From: Octopus vulgaris
Taxonomy: Eukaryota
Reading direction: 5' to 3'
Length of the DNA stretch: 64,000 nt
NCBI GenBank assembly: GCA_951406725.2
Contig: OX597820.1
Coordinates: 119,970,001-120,034,000 of the forward strand
Shown here: piece after piece, positions 28,886 to 43,334 of the stretch
How positions within the stretch are numbered: the first letter of the stretch is position 1
How the letters are laid out: each line of letters starts with the position of its first letter
Made by a program: the position numbers and the translations under genes
The notes under the pieces: model-generated
Told to the model about the DNA's origin: nothing
Databases searched by the model: none
Seen by the model: only the letters and a program-made list of their open reading frames with translations

Positions 28886-29589
28886 TAAGTTAATTATTAT
28901 TATTATTATGTTAGGTTGTATTAGTATTTGCTTTATAAGTTTGGCTAAGCTGTTGGTAACAAATAGCAAACTAGTCTCACAATCCGTATGATTGGCTAGT
29001 CACGCGGTGTTTAATTGGTCTGGTGGTGGTCGGGTAGTGATTGGGTTGGGTTGGGTTGGGTGGTGTTTGGTTTGGTGTTTGGGTGTGCGTGTCAAGGGTT
29101 CGAGGAAAATCCGGAGTTGTCTGGGTGTAAAGGATCTGCTTTGCATATTAAATTGTACAAATAAGTATACATTTTGAAAATGTAAAATAATACGTGCTGA
29201 AATATATATATGTAAAGATGAGATAGATATACTTAAATTGAATCTAACGAAAAACTATCTTACTATTTGAAGTGGACTGTGTGATTAAGGCTGAGTGAGT
29301 TTATGATGTCAACAAGCAATCTACAGAAGTATTAAAGAAAGTGATTGAGAGAAAGTAGAAAGGAGGGGTGTGAGGATATAGAAGAAGCGAGACAGAGGGC
29401 GAGAGAGAGAGTGGGACAGATATTTAGAGAGAAGATACTTTGTGTTTTTATCTAAAAGTTCAGCATGGGAGCAGTCTGTGCACGGCAACGTTACTGGTTC
29501 TTTGCTATTTTCTCTATATGTCTCATATTGACTTTTTCGTGATTTGGTAGTGTAAAGACAATTACCTGACACTTTCTATTCTCTTTCAC

Positions 29590-30640
29590 TACTACTAATA
29601 AATAAAACATTCTAGCTTCTACTTCTCTCCCAGTCTGAAAGTTAAAATCTCACAACGTCTTATACTTTATAGCACTGTAAGTACATGTTCGTACCACTTA
29701 TCAGTGTGGAAAAATTCTATCTTTCTGCATACTCCCAGTGGCGTACTTTCACTAGGTTGTCATGTCTTTTCTTGAATGCTTTCTGCGCCAGCATGCTACA
29801 TTCACTTACTACACCTTCCTCTTTTGAGTTGCATAACCTACATTGGGAATCCACTTGGTTTTTGTTTAGCATGGCCTTTATCCAATTAGTTCTTAATGCT
29901 TGATCTTGTGCTGCTACTAAAAAAAATTCCTGTCTCCCTTTTCAACCTTCCTTTCTGCAACCATAACCATGTCTCATTACTATTTCCAGCAACAATCTTT
30001 GGGGATTTACACTGCAAAGCCGTTGCTTGCTGTACAGATAATGCATGTTCTTATTTTTGGTTTTGAACTTTTTTTGGTGTTTTCGCTTCTGCATCTCCTG
30101 CTGTTAGTCTAGCAGCATTTAATATACTTTCTTCACTATTACCTACACAGGAGGCTATATTTATGTTAGTTTCTGACCAACTGGTAATTGGATGCCTTCA
30201 CTACTGACTACATTTTATGACTAAATTTGCGGACTTATCTCTGCAATTTGACACACTGACTTTGACTTTCTTAATATTAAACTGTGTGAGGATATTAAGC
30301 TTAACACAATATTGAAGGGATAACGAGTCTCCAGGGAAAATTCCCTCTTGATATAAGCTTTCCCTTAGGTTGTTTCACCTGAGTAGACATCTATTTTCCA
30401 TTTCTTCTTGCTAAATCTAATTAATTCTCTTCTGTTGTCTGCAATACTGAATATACTCAAACCTTCACTTATCCGTGAGTGCGGAGTCATTGGTTTTCTT
30501 ATAATCTATCCAGACTATTATTGTATTTTTACTCTTAGATCAGACTTCCATTAGACCTGTTCTGTATTTGTATAATGGACCATGCATTCTTCTAGTATTC
30601 TTCCTGGTACCTTTCTGTTATTCTGGTAGCAAATTCTGGC
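29590..30640 (-). mobile_element. Second R4/Dong-like LINE fragment (RT C-terminus, zinc knuckle)
   Basis: TWLWLQKG...AAQDQALRTNWIKA...CRLC...KKRHDN on the minus strand. Confidence 0.75.
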
Positions 30641-30654
30641 TTGAAGTTCTCTTA

Positions 30655-30890
30655 ATTTGAAGAGAGGTCAGGCTAATCACTTAAATACTTTTAGAGGTTG
30701 AAAAATGATGAATAATACAAATCTAGGCAAACCTGTCGCATCAATTAAAGACAGAAGCTACAGATATATTATACCGTGGCAGATAATCAGTACACCTAAA
30801 CCGAATCGAGCATGGAGGGGTAGATGTAACTTATATATATAGAAGAATTATACCATCGAAAAAGAAATTACTTAATAGCAGATTTCAAGA
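30655..30890 (+). mobile_element. PLE GIY-YIG endonuclease C-terminal remnant
   Basis: NHLNTF...TNLGK...IKD...YIIPWQII...RCNL...LLNSR fits the recalled PLE pattern NH..SF..T.LSK..LKD..Y.I.W.I...CNLC..EK..LLN.R. Confidence 0.6.
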
Positions 30891-30924
30891 TGCCTTAAGA
30901 TGATTACAGAAACACAAAACTAAA

Positions 30925-31402
30925 ACATTTAAATAAAGTTTTGGGTAGATGTCTTGCAAACGACTTGCACATGCAAGTGCTACCAGTTAAAAGCTCCGTA
31001 TACCGGAAGCTAGCAAGTGTATGGGGTCATTAGGAGAGAATGCGCGCCGTTTCGGGGCCTATCTCTCGACGGCATCAATGCACACTCAATATACTTCTAG
31101 CCATTGCTCATCGTCTCTTTTTAACAAAATTCAGTGGCAAGCCTTCTCCACTGTAGATTGGATATCAGTCATGGTGGTATTGACTTTACGATGAGTTAGG
31201 CCTAGCGATAACAATAGTCGTCTCACGCTGTGTCCAACAAACCCTCTACATCCGACTTCGATAGGAAAATGTTCCGCTTTCCAGCCTGCGTCTTCATATT
31301 CCTCGAGGAGGTTTTCATAACGGTTTAATTTTCGAACCCGAACGACGTCCATATTATCTTCATGAGGAACCGTTAGCGCGACTATATTTACAACTTTCTT
31401 TC
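30925..31402 (-). mobile_element. HERO/NeSL-like RLE LINE 3' end
   Basis: LTVPHEDN...RKLNRYENL...GWKAEHFPIEVGCRGF...LLSLG. Confidence 0.8.
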
Positions 31403-31810
31403 TTTCACAGATGGGTAGAAGAACCTATCCCCATACCGTAAAATTCATGGTCCTCTTTTCTAAACCTAGCATATATTATATCCAGTGTATATCGCAAACC
31501 ATAAGAAACACAGCCAAGAAAATGAGCAACTAAAAACATTAGAGTACAAGCAATGCACTTGAAAACAAAACTACAGAGTACCCAATCACCACAATACACA
31601 AGGAGCCCTGCGAAATCGCTACATCAATCTTGATCTTCTTAAACCTAAACCTGACTTCGGACTGCAACTAGTGTCAATTTGAGGTCAACAACACAAGCCT
31701 ACAAACGGATCAGATTTCAGTTTGAAAACAACCACCACCACCTCCCCTGCACCCTAGTTGACAACAATTCTAACTGCACTCAGTTTGTTCTGAAACTAGC
31801 CAAATAGGTA

Positions 31811-31894
31811 GACCCTGAAAATGCTGTATAGGAAATCGTGCAAGGTTGCATCTGGAAGTGTCCGTAGGCTGTGCAGTCGAAACATGTGTAGGTC
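31811..31894 (+). ncRNA. Decayed type I hammerhead motif (G8A) in probable PLE 3' region
   Basis: gacc CTGAAAA tgctgtatag...ctgtgcagtc GAAA catgtg TA ggtc. Confidence 0.6.
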
Positions 31895-32005
31895 ATCAAG
31901 ACCAAGGAAAAAATATGCTGTATAATACTGTAAAATGTGATGAAGGAAATTTTCAGGGTGAACGAATCTCCATGTTCTATATCATTATATTTTTTCTAAT
32001 ATATA

Positions 32006-32395
32006 GGCGTAGGAGTGGCTGTGTAGTAAGTAGCTTGCTTACCAACCACATGGATCCGGGTTCAGTCCCACTGTGTGGCATCTTGGGCAAGTGTTTTCTA
32101 CCATAGCCTCGGGCCGACCAAATCCTTGTGAGTGCATTTGGTAGATGGAAACTGAAAGTGTGTATATGTTTGTGTGTCTGTTTTTGTCACCCAACATAGC
32201 TTGACAACCGATGTTGGTGTGCTTACGTCCTCATAACTTAGAGGTTCGGCGAAATAGACCGATGGAATAAGTACTAGGCTTCCAAAGAATAAGTCCTGGG
32301 GTCGATTTGCTCGACTAAAAGGCGGTGCTCCAGCATGGCCACAGTCAAATGACTGAAACAAGTAAAATAGTAAAAGAGTAAGAATAAAGAGTAAA
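32006..32395 (+). mobile_element. SINE family C
   Basis: Match to other copies; short internal tract. Confidence 0.9.
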
Positions 32396-32599
32396 GACAA
32401 TATTACCGTCCAGTGAAGCGAACACGGAATTACCCATCCGAGAAATTTGAAGAGGGACTGACAACTCAGAGTAGTTATAGACGTTAAATACTAATCGATG
32501 CGGCTAGCCGTAACCTGGAACATAACTAAGAGCCTCCACAGTATCCATCCTGATGACGTGTCCCTCAGAACTCACATACATATGTGTGTGCGCGAGTGC

Positions 32600-32656
<57 letters not shown>

Positions 32657-33293
32657 TTTGTGTGTATATCTGTGTATGTGTAGCACTAAGGATATTAACA
32701 GCAAAACCTATTCCTACATTATTTTTACTAAGGGCGCATACAATTCGAAGAGATTATCATGATGCATTTATAGTGTCGGACCAGTGATTCTGCTGATATG
32801 AAATTATTAATTATTGCATAATATTATCATGCTGATAATAATAGTTATGATAGCAATTGTTATGATGAAGATGGTGAAAAAGATTACGTTGTTGCGGCTG
32901 ATAAGAATGGCATTGTTAGCAGCCATTACGATGCTATTTGATATGGCGTAGAGAAAGAACAACAGCAGAAGCAGATGGGAAGACAGAGTGGAATAGGTGG
33001 ATGGATAGATGGATCATGAATCGCGTAGAGGCAGATAAGCTAGGTTTTATACTTATGAACGTATATTGCGGAGAGGTATGATTAAAAAATATATTTTGTG
33101 GATTATTTTATCGGTCACAGAATGATGAAGGACAAGAATTAGATTTCAGATGTTAGATCCCTACTCTTCTAACTCTGAAACCTCAACGTTAATCTAATAA
33201 ACATTCGCTACCAGAAAGATGGTCCCGTTAACATAAATTCACAAGGAAATTACTATATTTAAATCTCTCAACGAGAGATATTCAGCAACGTAC

Positions 33294-33602
33294 TTTGTAG
33301 TAAAGATTGTTTGCCAACATAACACGGCAGTCCTGGTTTAGGACGAATGTTGCTGTAATTCAGCCCCAGGAGACATTGTCTCCGGCTGGCCATACGGCAC
33401 GATCCTTATATGTTCGAACAAGGGAATCTAGCACCCCAACTCAGCTCAAAACAATATCTGTATATCGTGATTTCCGGGTTATTTCCCTTCATCAGCACAG
33501 TATAGCCTGCTGGAGAAGATTGTCTCCTGGGGCTAAATTACAACAACATTCGTCCTAAACCAGGACTGCCATGTTATGTTGGCAAACGATCTTTACTACA
33601 AA
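33294..33602. mobile_element. PLE-like inverted-repeat relic (~100-bp arms)
   Basis: TTTGTAGTAAAGAT...GGCAGTCCTGGTTTAGGACGAATGTTG and its reverse complement; hammerhead in the spacer. Confidence 0.75.
33458..33500 (-). ncRNA. Minimal type I hammerhead motif with intact core
   Basis: ctgtg CTGATGA aggg aaataa cccg GAAA tcacga TA tacag. Confidence 0.75.
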
Positions 33603-34074
33603 TTCATAAGAGTTGACTACAGCCAAAATAATTAGACTTGCTTGAATCCAAATGTTATCACAGAATATAAAACCTTAGTTGACATTGCTTTTCAAACTTT
33701 TGTGGTCGATAGAGCACAAGTTTCGACGTATTCGATTAAGCAACCAAACCCGAAAGTTCAGGCCTTGTGTAAACAGTAGAAATGGATGTTATAGAAATTC
33801 CCTTTACATCGTACCATTAATTATTACATTATATTTTTCTAAGTAATTCTTGCGCACGATTTAATTTCAAACCCCTTATAATATAACTAATTACATCGTC
33901 CACCTTATGGTTGTGCCGTTAGGGTTATCAATATGCAAAAGAAAACTGATTGACAGACGTACCTAACTCTGATCAATTCGAACCAGAAGGTGGCTTATAA
34001 ATTATTTACTCATCCACTTTTGCACTTCTACTTCTCAACTAACATGGACTGCGCACCCAATCCAATCTAGTATA

Positions 34075-34470
34075 TTCTTTTCTACTCAAGGCACAAGGAC
34101 CGAAATTTTGGGGTAGAAGGGCGAGTCAATAAGATCGACCCCAGCACTTAACTGGTACTTAATCGACCCCGAAAGGATGAAAGGCAAAGACGACCTCGGC
34201 GGAATTTGAACTCAGAACGTAAAGACAGACGAAATATCTATTTCTTTACTACCCACAAGGGGCTAAACACAGAGAGGACAAATAAGGACAGACAAACGGA
34301 TTAAGTCGATTATATCGACCCCAGTGCGTAACTGGTACTTATTTCACCGACTCCAAAAGGATGAAGGGCAAAGACGACCTCGGCCGAATTTGATCTCAGA
34401 ATGCAGCGGCAGACGAAATACGTCTATCCAATTCGCCCGGCGTGCTAACATTTCTGCCATCTCGCCGCCT
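34075..34470 (-). mobile_element. SINE family D dimer with alternative distal tail
   Basis: Same CAGACGAAATA(T/C)CTATTTCTTT junction as the trimer; possible decayed TSD CAATCCAATCTAGTATATT/CACTCCTATCTAGGACATT. Confidence 0.85.
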
Positions 34471-36558
34471 CACTCCTATCTAGGACATTGTCAAACATGA
34501 CAGAATGCCTCGGAATGGCTGCCTGCAGATATGGCTAGTAATGTTATCTAGCCTAAAGCACGAAACTACGCGCACAACCCATTTTGGTAATAAGCGTAGT
34601 TTTCGGTTTTGACAGGTACCCTCTATTTTGTGAGGAGGACACGGTTGATATTTTGTTTTAATCTTCAGCGCAACAACAGTTCAATTATATTATTTGGACG
34701 TATGAAAAGTAAGGTTGAGCCTGAACATATTTGACTTCAGTTTATAAATAGTTATTACTGAGAAGATATAGAATTCGATTCTCCATCATTTTGTTATTTC
34801 ACACCATAAACCCCTTTAGTTTGTCATTTGTCGATTTCTAGACACGTGATCTTCATAAATTCTATAACTACAACATTGCCCTCGGTTCGATTGAACACTG
34901 AATGTAAAAAAATCATAACTTTATACAGAAAGCCTTTTCCAAATAGTCATTTCGTTCTGCTGATCCAGTGCTCTTATTATCAACAGTGATAATGATTTGT
35001 TTTACAATTCTAGTTTGCGAATGTAGTATTTTCATTTCGTTAGGATAGAAAATTGAACGCTAGTATTGAGATTGCTTTCATTTCAATCATCATTTCCATT
35101 TTCTCTGCCTCATACGGATTTTCTTTGTAAGAAACTTTTGTATGAATCCGTAGGTTAAATACAAGGAGCATTGTACGGATATGGATATAAAAGACTATGG
35201 AGAATCAAACAATGTTATAGCCCTGATGCTCACATTTGCAATATTGAATATATTTATCAATAGCTAACGAAATATTAAGTCTAGTCAGGATTAAAATTTG
35301 TAAAATGGCAGGAATCTTTTTTTCCGATTCACATGTAGAAGAGAAGTCTTGCGGGCAGGAACTCGTCTTACTGTTTTTTCACTTCTGGTTGCAGTCACTT
35401 CATTTCAATGGTGTCACTAATGCCCCGAAGAAAGGCATCATTATTCTACAATAAAGTTCTTTCTCAGTCAGTAATTCTACCATTTTCTGTTTTCTGCTAC
35501 ACGTATGCCGCTCTCTATTTAATAACCGTTTTCACATATTCAGGTGATTCGCTTCTGTTTGCGCATTTATTTTGTTACTCTTCTGTTCATTAAACCGTTT
35601 AATTACTCTTTCGCATTATTTTTCCATTAATAATGCCTTCATAAAACACATTATTCAGATTATATTAAAACAGATTTATTTAGTTCTTCCTCACGCTACT
35701 CTTCTGCCATTCAGTTATTAGCTGATTTGCTTATTCGTTCTTTCTTTTCTTCTGTTTTCCGTTCTGCTTTCTACTCAAAATACATGTTCATTTTGGTTTT
35801 CTGACAATTACACCTTTCAATCATTGCAGCCTTCTTTCTTTCTGCCATTTATCTTCTCATTAAGCTACTCATTATATTGAGTTTCTCATTTGCTTAATAT
35901 CATGTTCCCATTTTACCCGTATACGTCGTCGTTCATTCAGTTTTATTATTCTATTGATCATTACGTCATGTGTGTCGCTTATTCATAATATAGAGACATT
36001 CTTTTATACCTCAATAAAATATACCAATGAAGTGGAGTCCATTAAAAACCCTCTTCCTTTACAGCTTCTGTCTTCTAAACATGTGCGGCCTGCCGAACCT
36101 GATAACATAAATACTGTTTGAATAACAACAAATAATATATATGGCAGAAAACAATATCTACCGTTATTCAAGCACATCGTTTTATGGGCCCGGTTTGATC
36201 ATAGCTGTGTAACAATGTCCAAATCGAGGGATTCGGTAAAACATATACCGGCAAACGTAAGGCTTCCTATTACAATACGTTAATAGCTATTTTAACTAAC
36301 GAATGTAGAGAAAAGTAAAGGTACTTCCCTAGTGTTATGTTATCAGAGGGCACTTTATTTCCTGTGATAAATTTGAAGGTAGGAGTAGTTGAGAATATGA
36401 CTAGGATCATGTCTGCGAGATCCGTCATGAAAATAATGGCTCCACTGAGGGACTCTGCATGCAACTCTATGTTTCCTAACTTTCGAAATGTTATGCAACC
36501 ACTCGCAGAGTTTTTCATCTACACCATTGTTCCGTGAGCATATGTGTATATAGCTATG

Positions 36559-36602
<44 letters not shown>

Positions 36603-36609
<7 letters not shown>

Positions 36610-36968
36610 AAGTTTGAAAGCGCCACTATATAAGATGAATTTTAATTTTCGCAGACATTTTACATGTTTCGGTTCTTCTTGAAAAAACGTACCTTATCAA
36701 AAATATTTTAAAAATTAAGTGTAATAAAAAAGTTCATAATTGTTTCTTACTAGCCTCAACAGAGTCCATGTGGTGGTGTTTTATGTGGGGGAATATAATT
36801 GCTGTCTTGTGCGTTGACTAGATTCATTGGCTGTAATCGTGAAAATGGATTTTCAAGAAGAACCGAAACATGTAAAATCTCTAAGAAAATTAAAATGAAT
36901 CTTATATAGTGGCGTTTCCAAACTTCTTTTATATAAATATATACCCACTCGTATGGCACCTACACTTT
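36603..36968. mobile_element. PLE-like asymmetric hairpin relic in (TA)n
   Basis: Arms ~36603-36685 and ~36850-36935, short right extension. Confidence 0.75.
36655..36706 (-). ncRNA. Type I hammerhead motif with U3/A8 core
   Basis: atattt TTGATAA ggt...acc GAAA catg TA aaatgt. Confidence 0.6.
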
Positions 36969-37025
36969 ATATATATATATATACATATATATATATGCAT
37001 TACGAGCGTTTATACATGCATACAC

Positions 37026-37343
37026 GTGAAGGAGCAAGGCTAGGTGGTTAGAGTATCGAGCTACAATCATGACGTAGCGAGTTCGACTCCCTGGTCGGAC
37101 TTTTGTGTTGTGTTCTTGAGCAAGGCACTTTTTTCACATTCGTCCAGTTCACTCAGCTGTAGAAATAATTTGCGACGGCACAGGTGCCAAGCTGTATCGG
37201 TCTTTGCCTTTCCGTTGGATAACATCAGTGGTGTGGAGAGGAGAGGCTGGTATGAATGGATGGCTGATGATCTTCCATAAAGAACATTGCACGGACTTGT
37301 AGGACGGAGGGTAACATTCCAGGTGCAATCCTATAGTCATGCA
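37026..37343 (+). mobile_element. tRNA-derived SINE, head-2-like/core + tail-C
   Basis: B box GAGTTCGACTCC; TTGAGCAAGGCACTT...CCAGTTCACTCAGCTG core shared with 49845 and 62842; different tail. Confidence 0.75.
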
Positions 37344-37667
37344 TGGCGAAAGGGCATCTTTACGCTTTGTATATGTATACCGACACGCACACAAACACAC
37401 ACGCCTACACACACATGCATGCACACGCGCACACATACACATACACACAGCGGAAAGGCGCATATATGCACATACAAAATTACATGTCTACATACAAGGA
37501 ATATTGTTCATTCATTGAAACAAGAGGAATAATTAAAGGAGGGTTGAAATGCTACGTAACCAAGAATACGCAGCAATAATTTCCCTTATATTTCAATCTC
37601 TGATGTTAGAGGCGACAAAGTCCGTACCAGCTTTGTGTCATTATTCTTCTAGTTCTTTATTTCAATC

Positions 37668-38072
37668 ATTTCTTATAGCCCAGTGTTGCTCGTGTTTTTT
37701 TTTTTTTTGTTTTTCACCCTTTAAAATTAGAATGTTTGAAAACTAAAACTTTTGCATTATGTAGTTTGTTATTCTCTTTAAGTGAGTATTTTTCTGGTTG
37801 AAATGCACCGAAAAATGGCGACACAGCAGTCAAAAAATCGTAAAAAATAGGGATTTTCATAGAAAGAAGCACCTTTTTGATGTAAATAATTTTTGGTCTT
37901 AACATGGCCCGATTTGAATTTTTCCTCTACGGAAGGAAGAGGAAGCCTTCTTCTATCATACTCTCAATTTTGGTAAAACTTGCACCGCCGGGTCTCGGAG
38001 GAGATAGTGTTAGTTGAAGGCTACGAAACCTGCCACACACACACAGACAACCTCAGGTTTATATATATAGAG
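37668..38072 (-). mobile_element. Non-autonomous Helitron-like element
   Basis: Minus-strand 5' TCTATATATATAAACCTGAGGTTGT resembles 7525; decayed 3' hairpin GCCCAGTGTTGCTCGTG. Confidence 0.6.
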
Positions 38073-38521
38073 AGAGAGAGATTGTCTTTTCATCTTTTAT
38101 ACTTACCTTCTATTAAAACCATTCATTTTTCACTCTATAAATCTTATATTCGTGTTTTTGAATAGGATTAATCGTACTTTATTACTAAGCAATGTTTATT
38201 AAATAACCATTATGTATGGATATTCACCGTTTGTAGCTGCGATGAGAATTTAAGAACTGCCCACTCCTTCGATTACACGGCAAGTAACTTAGAATTTCAA
38301 AATGAGTTGTATGTGTATAAATTAATTGTTAAGTAGAGTCAGTACCGCAAATGTTTGACAAAAACTAACATTTGTAATTAGAAGTATACTTGATTTAGGA
38401 ATTTTTAATGCTGTTTGGGAGAACTAATTTCCTTGGCGGCAAACAAATTTCGTATGTAAAGATTACAAAGTCTTAATTCGTAAGGAAATAAATAGGTCTA
38501 CCATATTCAATGTACTAAAAC

Positions 38522-39176
<655 letters not shown>

Positions 39177-39180
39177 TGGA

Positions 39181-39448
39181 TACTCTCTCTTTTTACTCTC
39201 TTATACTTGTTTCAGTCATTAGACTGTGGCCATGCTGGAGCACCGCCTTTAGTCGAACGAATCGACCCCAGGACTTATTTTTTTTAAGTCGAGTACTTAT
39301 TCTATCGGCCCCTTTTGCCGAAACGCTAAGTTACGGGGACGTAAATACACCAGCATCGGTTCTCAAGCGATGTTGGGGAGAAACATAGACTCACAGACAT
39401 ACACACACACATACATATATATATATATACATACATACATATATATAT

Positions 39449-39497
<49 letters not shown>

Positions 39498-39647
39498 TGC
39501 TTCTTTCAGTTTCCGTCAACCAAATCCACTCACGAGGCTTTGATCGGCCCGAGGCCATAGAATGAGACACTTGCCCAATGTACCACGCAGTGGGACTGAA
39601 CCCGGAACCATGTGGTTCGTAAGCAAGCTACTTACCACGCAGCCACT
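39181..39647 (-). mobile_element. SINE family C
   Basis: Match to other copies; abuts the previous copy tail-to-tail. Confidence 0.9.
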
Positions 39648-39998
39648 GAAACAATAAATACAAGTTAACATTCAATCACATTCAGACACACACACACACA
39701 TATGAAATACCTACATATATGAATATACTTATCGGTACACATATAAATACATGCATATACAGACAGACACACACACACGCACACACACATACACACACAC
39801 ACACACACATATATATATATGGATATTCATATGCAGATATACGAGAATATATGCATGTATATGTTTATATATATAAAAGCATATGAGTTATAATTGCATG
39901 TGTGTGTTCATATATATATAAAACATTAAGAAAGGGAATGGAGATTCGGACATAGATTATTTGTCTTACAGTTATTTACTGCATATAGATATGTATAT

Positions 39999-40310
39999 AT
40001 CACTGTGATCACCGTGACCGATCAGGCAATCAGATGTTGCTACACATCGCTGGTCACAATGCGCTTAGCATTGTTTTACCCGTCAAATGACGCCACCCCG
40101 CTGGCTAAGCGAGTAAGCCAACAGAGAGAAAGAGTGAGAGAAATGGTGGTGAAAGAGTACAGCAGGGATCACCACCCCCTTGCCGGAGCCTCGTACAGCT
40201 TTTAGGTGTTTTCGCACAATAAACACACACCATGCCCGGTCTGCGAATCGAAACCGCGATCCTATGACCGCGAGTCTGCTGCCTTAACCACTGGGCCATT
40301 GCGTCTCCAC
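39999..40310 (-). mobile_element. tRNA-derived SINE, head-1 + tail-B
   Basis: Reverse complement of 18976-19276 with full head GTGGAGACGCAATGGCCCAGTGG. Confidence 0.9.
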
Positions 40311-40403
40311 ATATGTATGTTTATGTAGAAAATGGAAATAAACCTTCGGTATGCAGCGGAGCAACCTGTTGCCTGCCCTTTTAATTATATGTGTATATAT
40401 ATG

Positions 40404-40487
<84 letters not shown>

Positions 40488-41364
40488 CGTATATATATAT
40501 ATATATATATGCATATATGTATGTATGTAAGCATGTATGTATGCATGTATGTATGTATGTATGTATGTAAGTGTGTATGTATGTATGTATGTATGTATGC
40601 ATGCATTATGTATGTATGCACGTATGTACGTAAGTAAGTATGTATGTATGTATGTAAGTATGTATGTATATATGTATGCATGTATGTATGTATGTGTGTA
40701 TGCATGTATGTATGTATGTATGAATGTATGAATGTATGTATGTATGTATGCATGTATGTATGTATGTATGTACGTATATATGTATGTATATGTATGTATG
40801 TATGTACGTTTGTATGAATAAATATGTATGTATGGCCTGTCCGTCTTTGCATCGTCTATGTCACCGGATGCCTTATTGTCGTCTGTTGAGTTCTTGTTCC
40901 ATTCTCGGAATTTATATATATGCGTTCGTAATTGCATACTCAGAACCCTTGTTTGTGTGTGTGTGTGTCTGTGTGTGTGTGTCTGTGTTTGTGTGTGTGT
41001 GTATGTGTGCGTGTTTGTGCATTTCAAGTCATGTTTGGACGTAGTACAGATATATTGCTAGACAGATATATTGCAACATATATAGTTGCATAGAGATACA
41101 TACTGACAAAGATACACACACACATACATACATACATACATTCATACATATATACATATATACACACACTTGCATACATTAAGTTACTTATATATAAATT
41201 CATTTATGATTATATACAAAAATCAATGGGATAATCACGGTAAACATTTATGAAGAAATGCTGCCAGAAACATACACACAAAAGGACTTATATATATACA
41301 TACCTATATACATCCATAGATGCGAACATACGCACATACATACATACATACATACATATATCTT

Positions 41365-41509
<145 letters not shown>

Positions 41510-41922
41510 TGGCTGTATGGTAAGTAGCTTGCTAACCAACCACATGGTTCCAGGTTCAGTCCCACTGCGTGGCATCTTGGGCAAGTGTCTTCTGCTATAG
41601 CCCCGGGCCGACCAGTGCCTTGTGAGTGGATTTGGTAGACGGAAACTGAATGAAGCCTGTCGTATATATGTATACATATATGTATATGTATGTATGTATA
41701 TGTGTTTGTGTGTCTGTGTTTGTACCCCTAGCATTGCTTGACAACCGATGCTGGTGTGTTTGCGTCCCTGTGACTTAGCGGTTCGGCAAAAGAGACCGAT
41801 AGAATAAGTACTGGGCTTACAAAGAATAAGTCCCGGGGTCGATTTGCCCGACGAAAAGCGGTGCCCCAGCATAGCCGCAGTCAAATGACTGAAACAAGTA
41901 AAAGAGTAAAAGAGAAAAGAGT
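41510..41922 (+). mobile_element. SINE family C
   Basis: Match to other copies. Confidence 0.9.
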
Positions 41923-42904
41923 ATATATATATATATATATATATATATGCAGACGTATATACATACATCTACGCTTGTGGTTCCATGATTCCCTAGCAGT
42001 GAAAGATTGAACAAATTCTCACGTTTTCACAGTCTTAATCAAAGGAAGTGAATTGAGAAACATGGCGTAAGATCATCTCATATCTCAGTGTGTAATACAC
42101 AATTATATCCACGGACATTATGTACACCTGAACACAGACATCAAGAGTGAAGGTATCATATGTACAGGCATAGATACACGCATAGAGGCTCTCTATTTTC
42201 TTTCTCCGTCTCTTTTGCACACATAGAGCCCCACATTGACGGACATAGCTTCTTAAACGCATCTACTTTCATATAGTTATTGGATATATGGATGGTCAAG
42301 CGATGAATAGATATAACAGAAATGAAATGCTTTAAGTGCAAGTAGAGAAAACGTGGAGCAAAGCAGAGAAGGAACGAGGGCTACAAAGAGATTTTACGCC
42401 GAGGTAGGAAATAAGTACAGAAGGGAGGACATATTGAAAATAATGTAATATAGAAAAGTAATAAATAGAAGAAGACTAAGAACAAAGTGAGAGATGTTAT
42501 TACTACATGACTGGCGTGATCAAATAATTCATGACACACACATTAACAGTATGACTTATAACTAACATATTACTATATTAACAACGAACGAGAAGAAGAT
42601 ATTGTGAAGAAGAAGGAAATCAGAAGAAAGCTCTCATATATCACTTCTTCCTCTCTTTCGTTCTTCGCTACTATCTCTCTCTTTCTCTTTTTACCCTTCA
42701 ATAAGGATGTGTTTGTATATATATATATATATATCTATATATATATATATATATGTGTGTATATATATGTGTGTGTGTGGGTGTGTGTGTGTATATATAT
42801 ATATTTATATAGAGAGCATATATATGTAATATATATATATATATACATACATAATATTTTTATGTATATACATATATATATATATATCTATATCTATATC
42901 TGTA

Positions 42905-43033
<129 letters not shown>

Positions 43034-43334
43034 TGTGTTGGTAGTGTGTTTATTGTGCTGAACATGGAGGCCAATATTGTATATGGATTTATGGTAGGGA
43101 AGTAATTAAACAAAGGCGCCAATAGGAGAGTGACTCACCCGATCCCACCTCACTATTCAATAAATTCTGAAGTTCTATTTCATAAAAACAGCAACATGTT
43201 TCGATGTCCAAGATAGTTCATCCATGAGAGGAACAAAATATAATTTCAGTTATTGATATACAAGTGTAAACTCACACAATATTATGCATAATACACAGTA
43301 CATACATTATATATATATAAATATATATATATAT

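Noticed and set aside
32545-32580. Hammerhead at CTGATGA
   Set aside because: No helix II, GAAA or helix I partner
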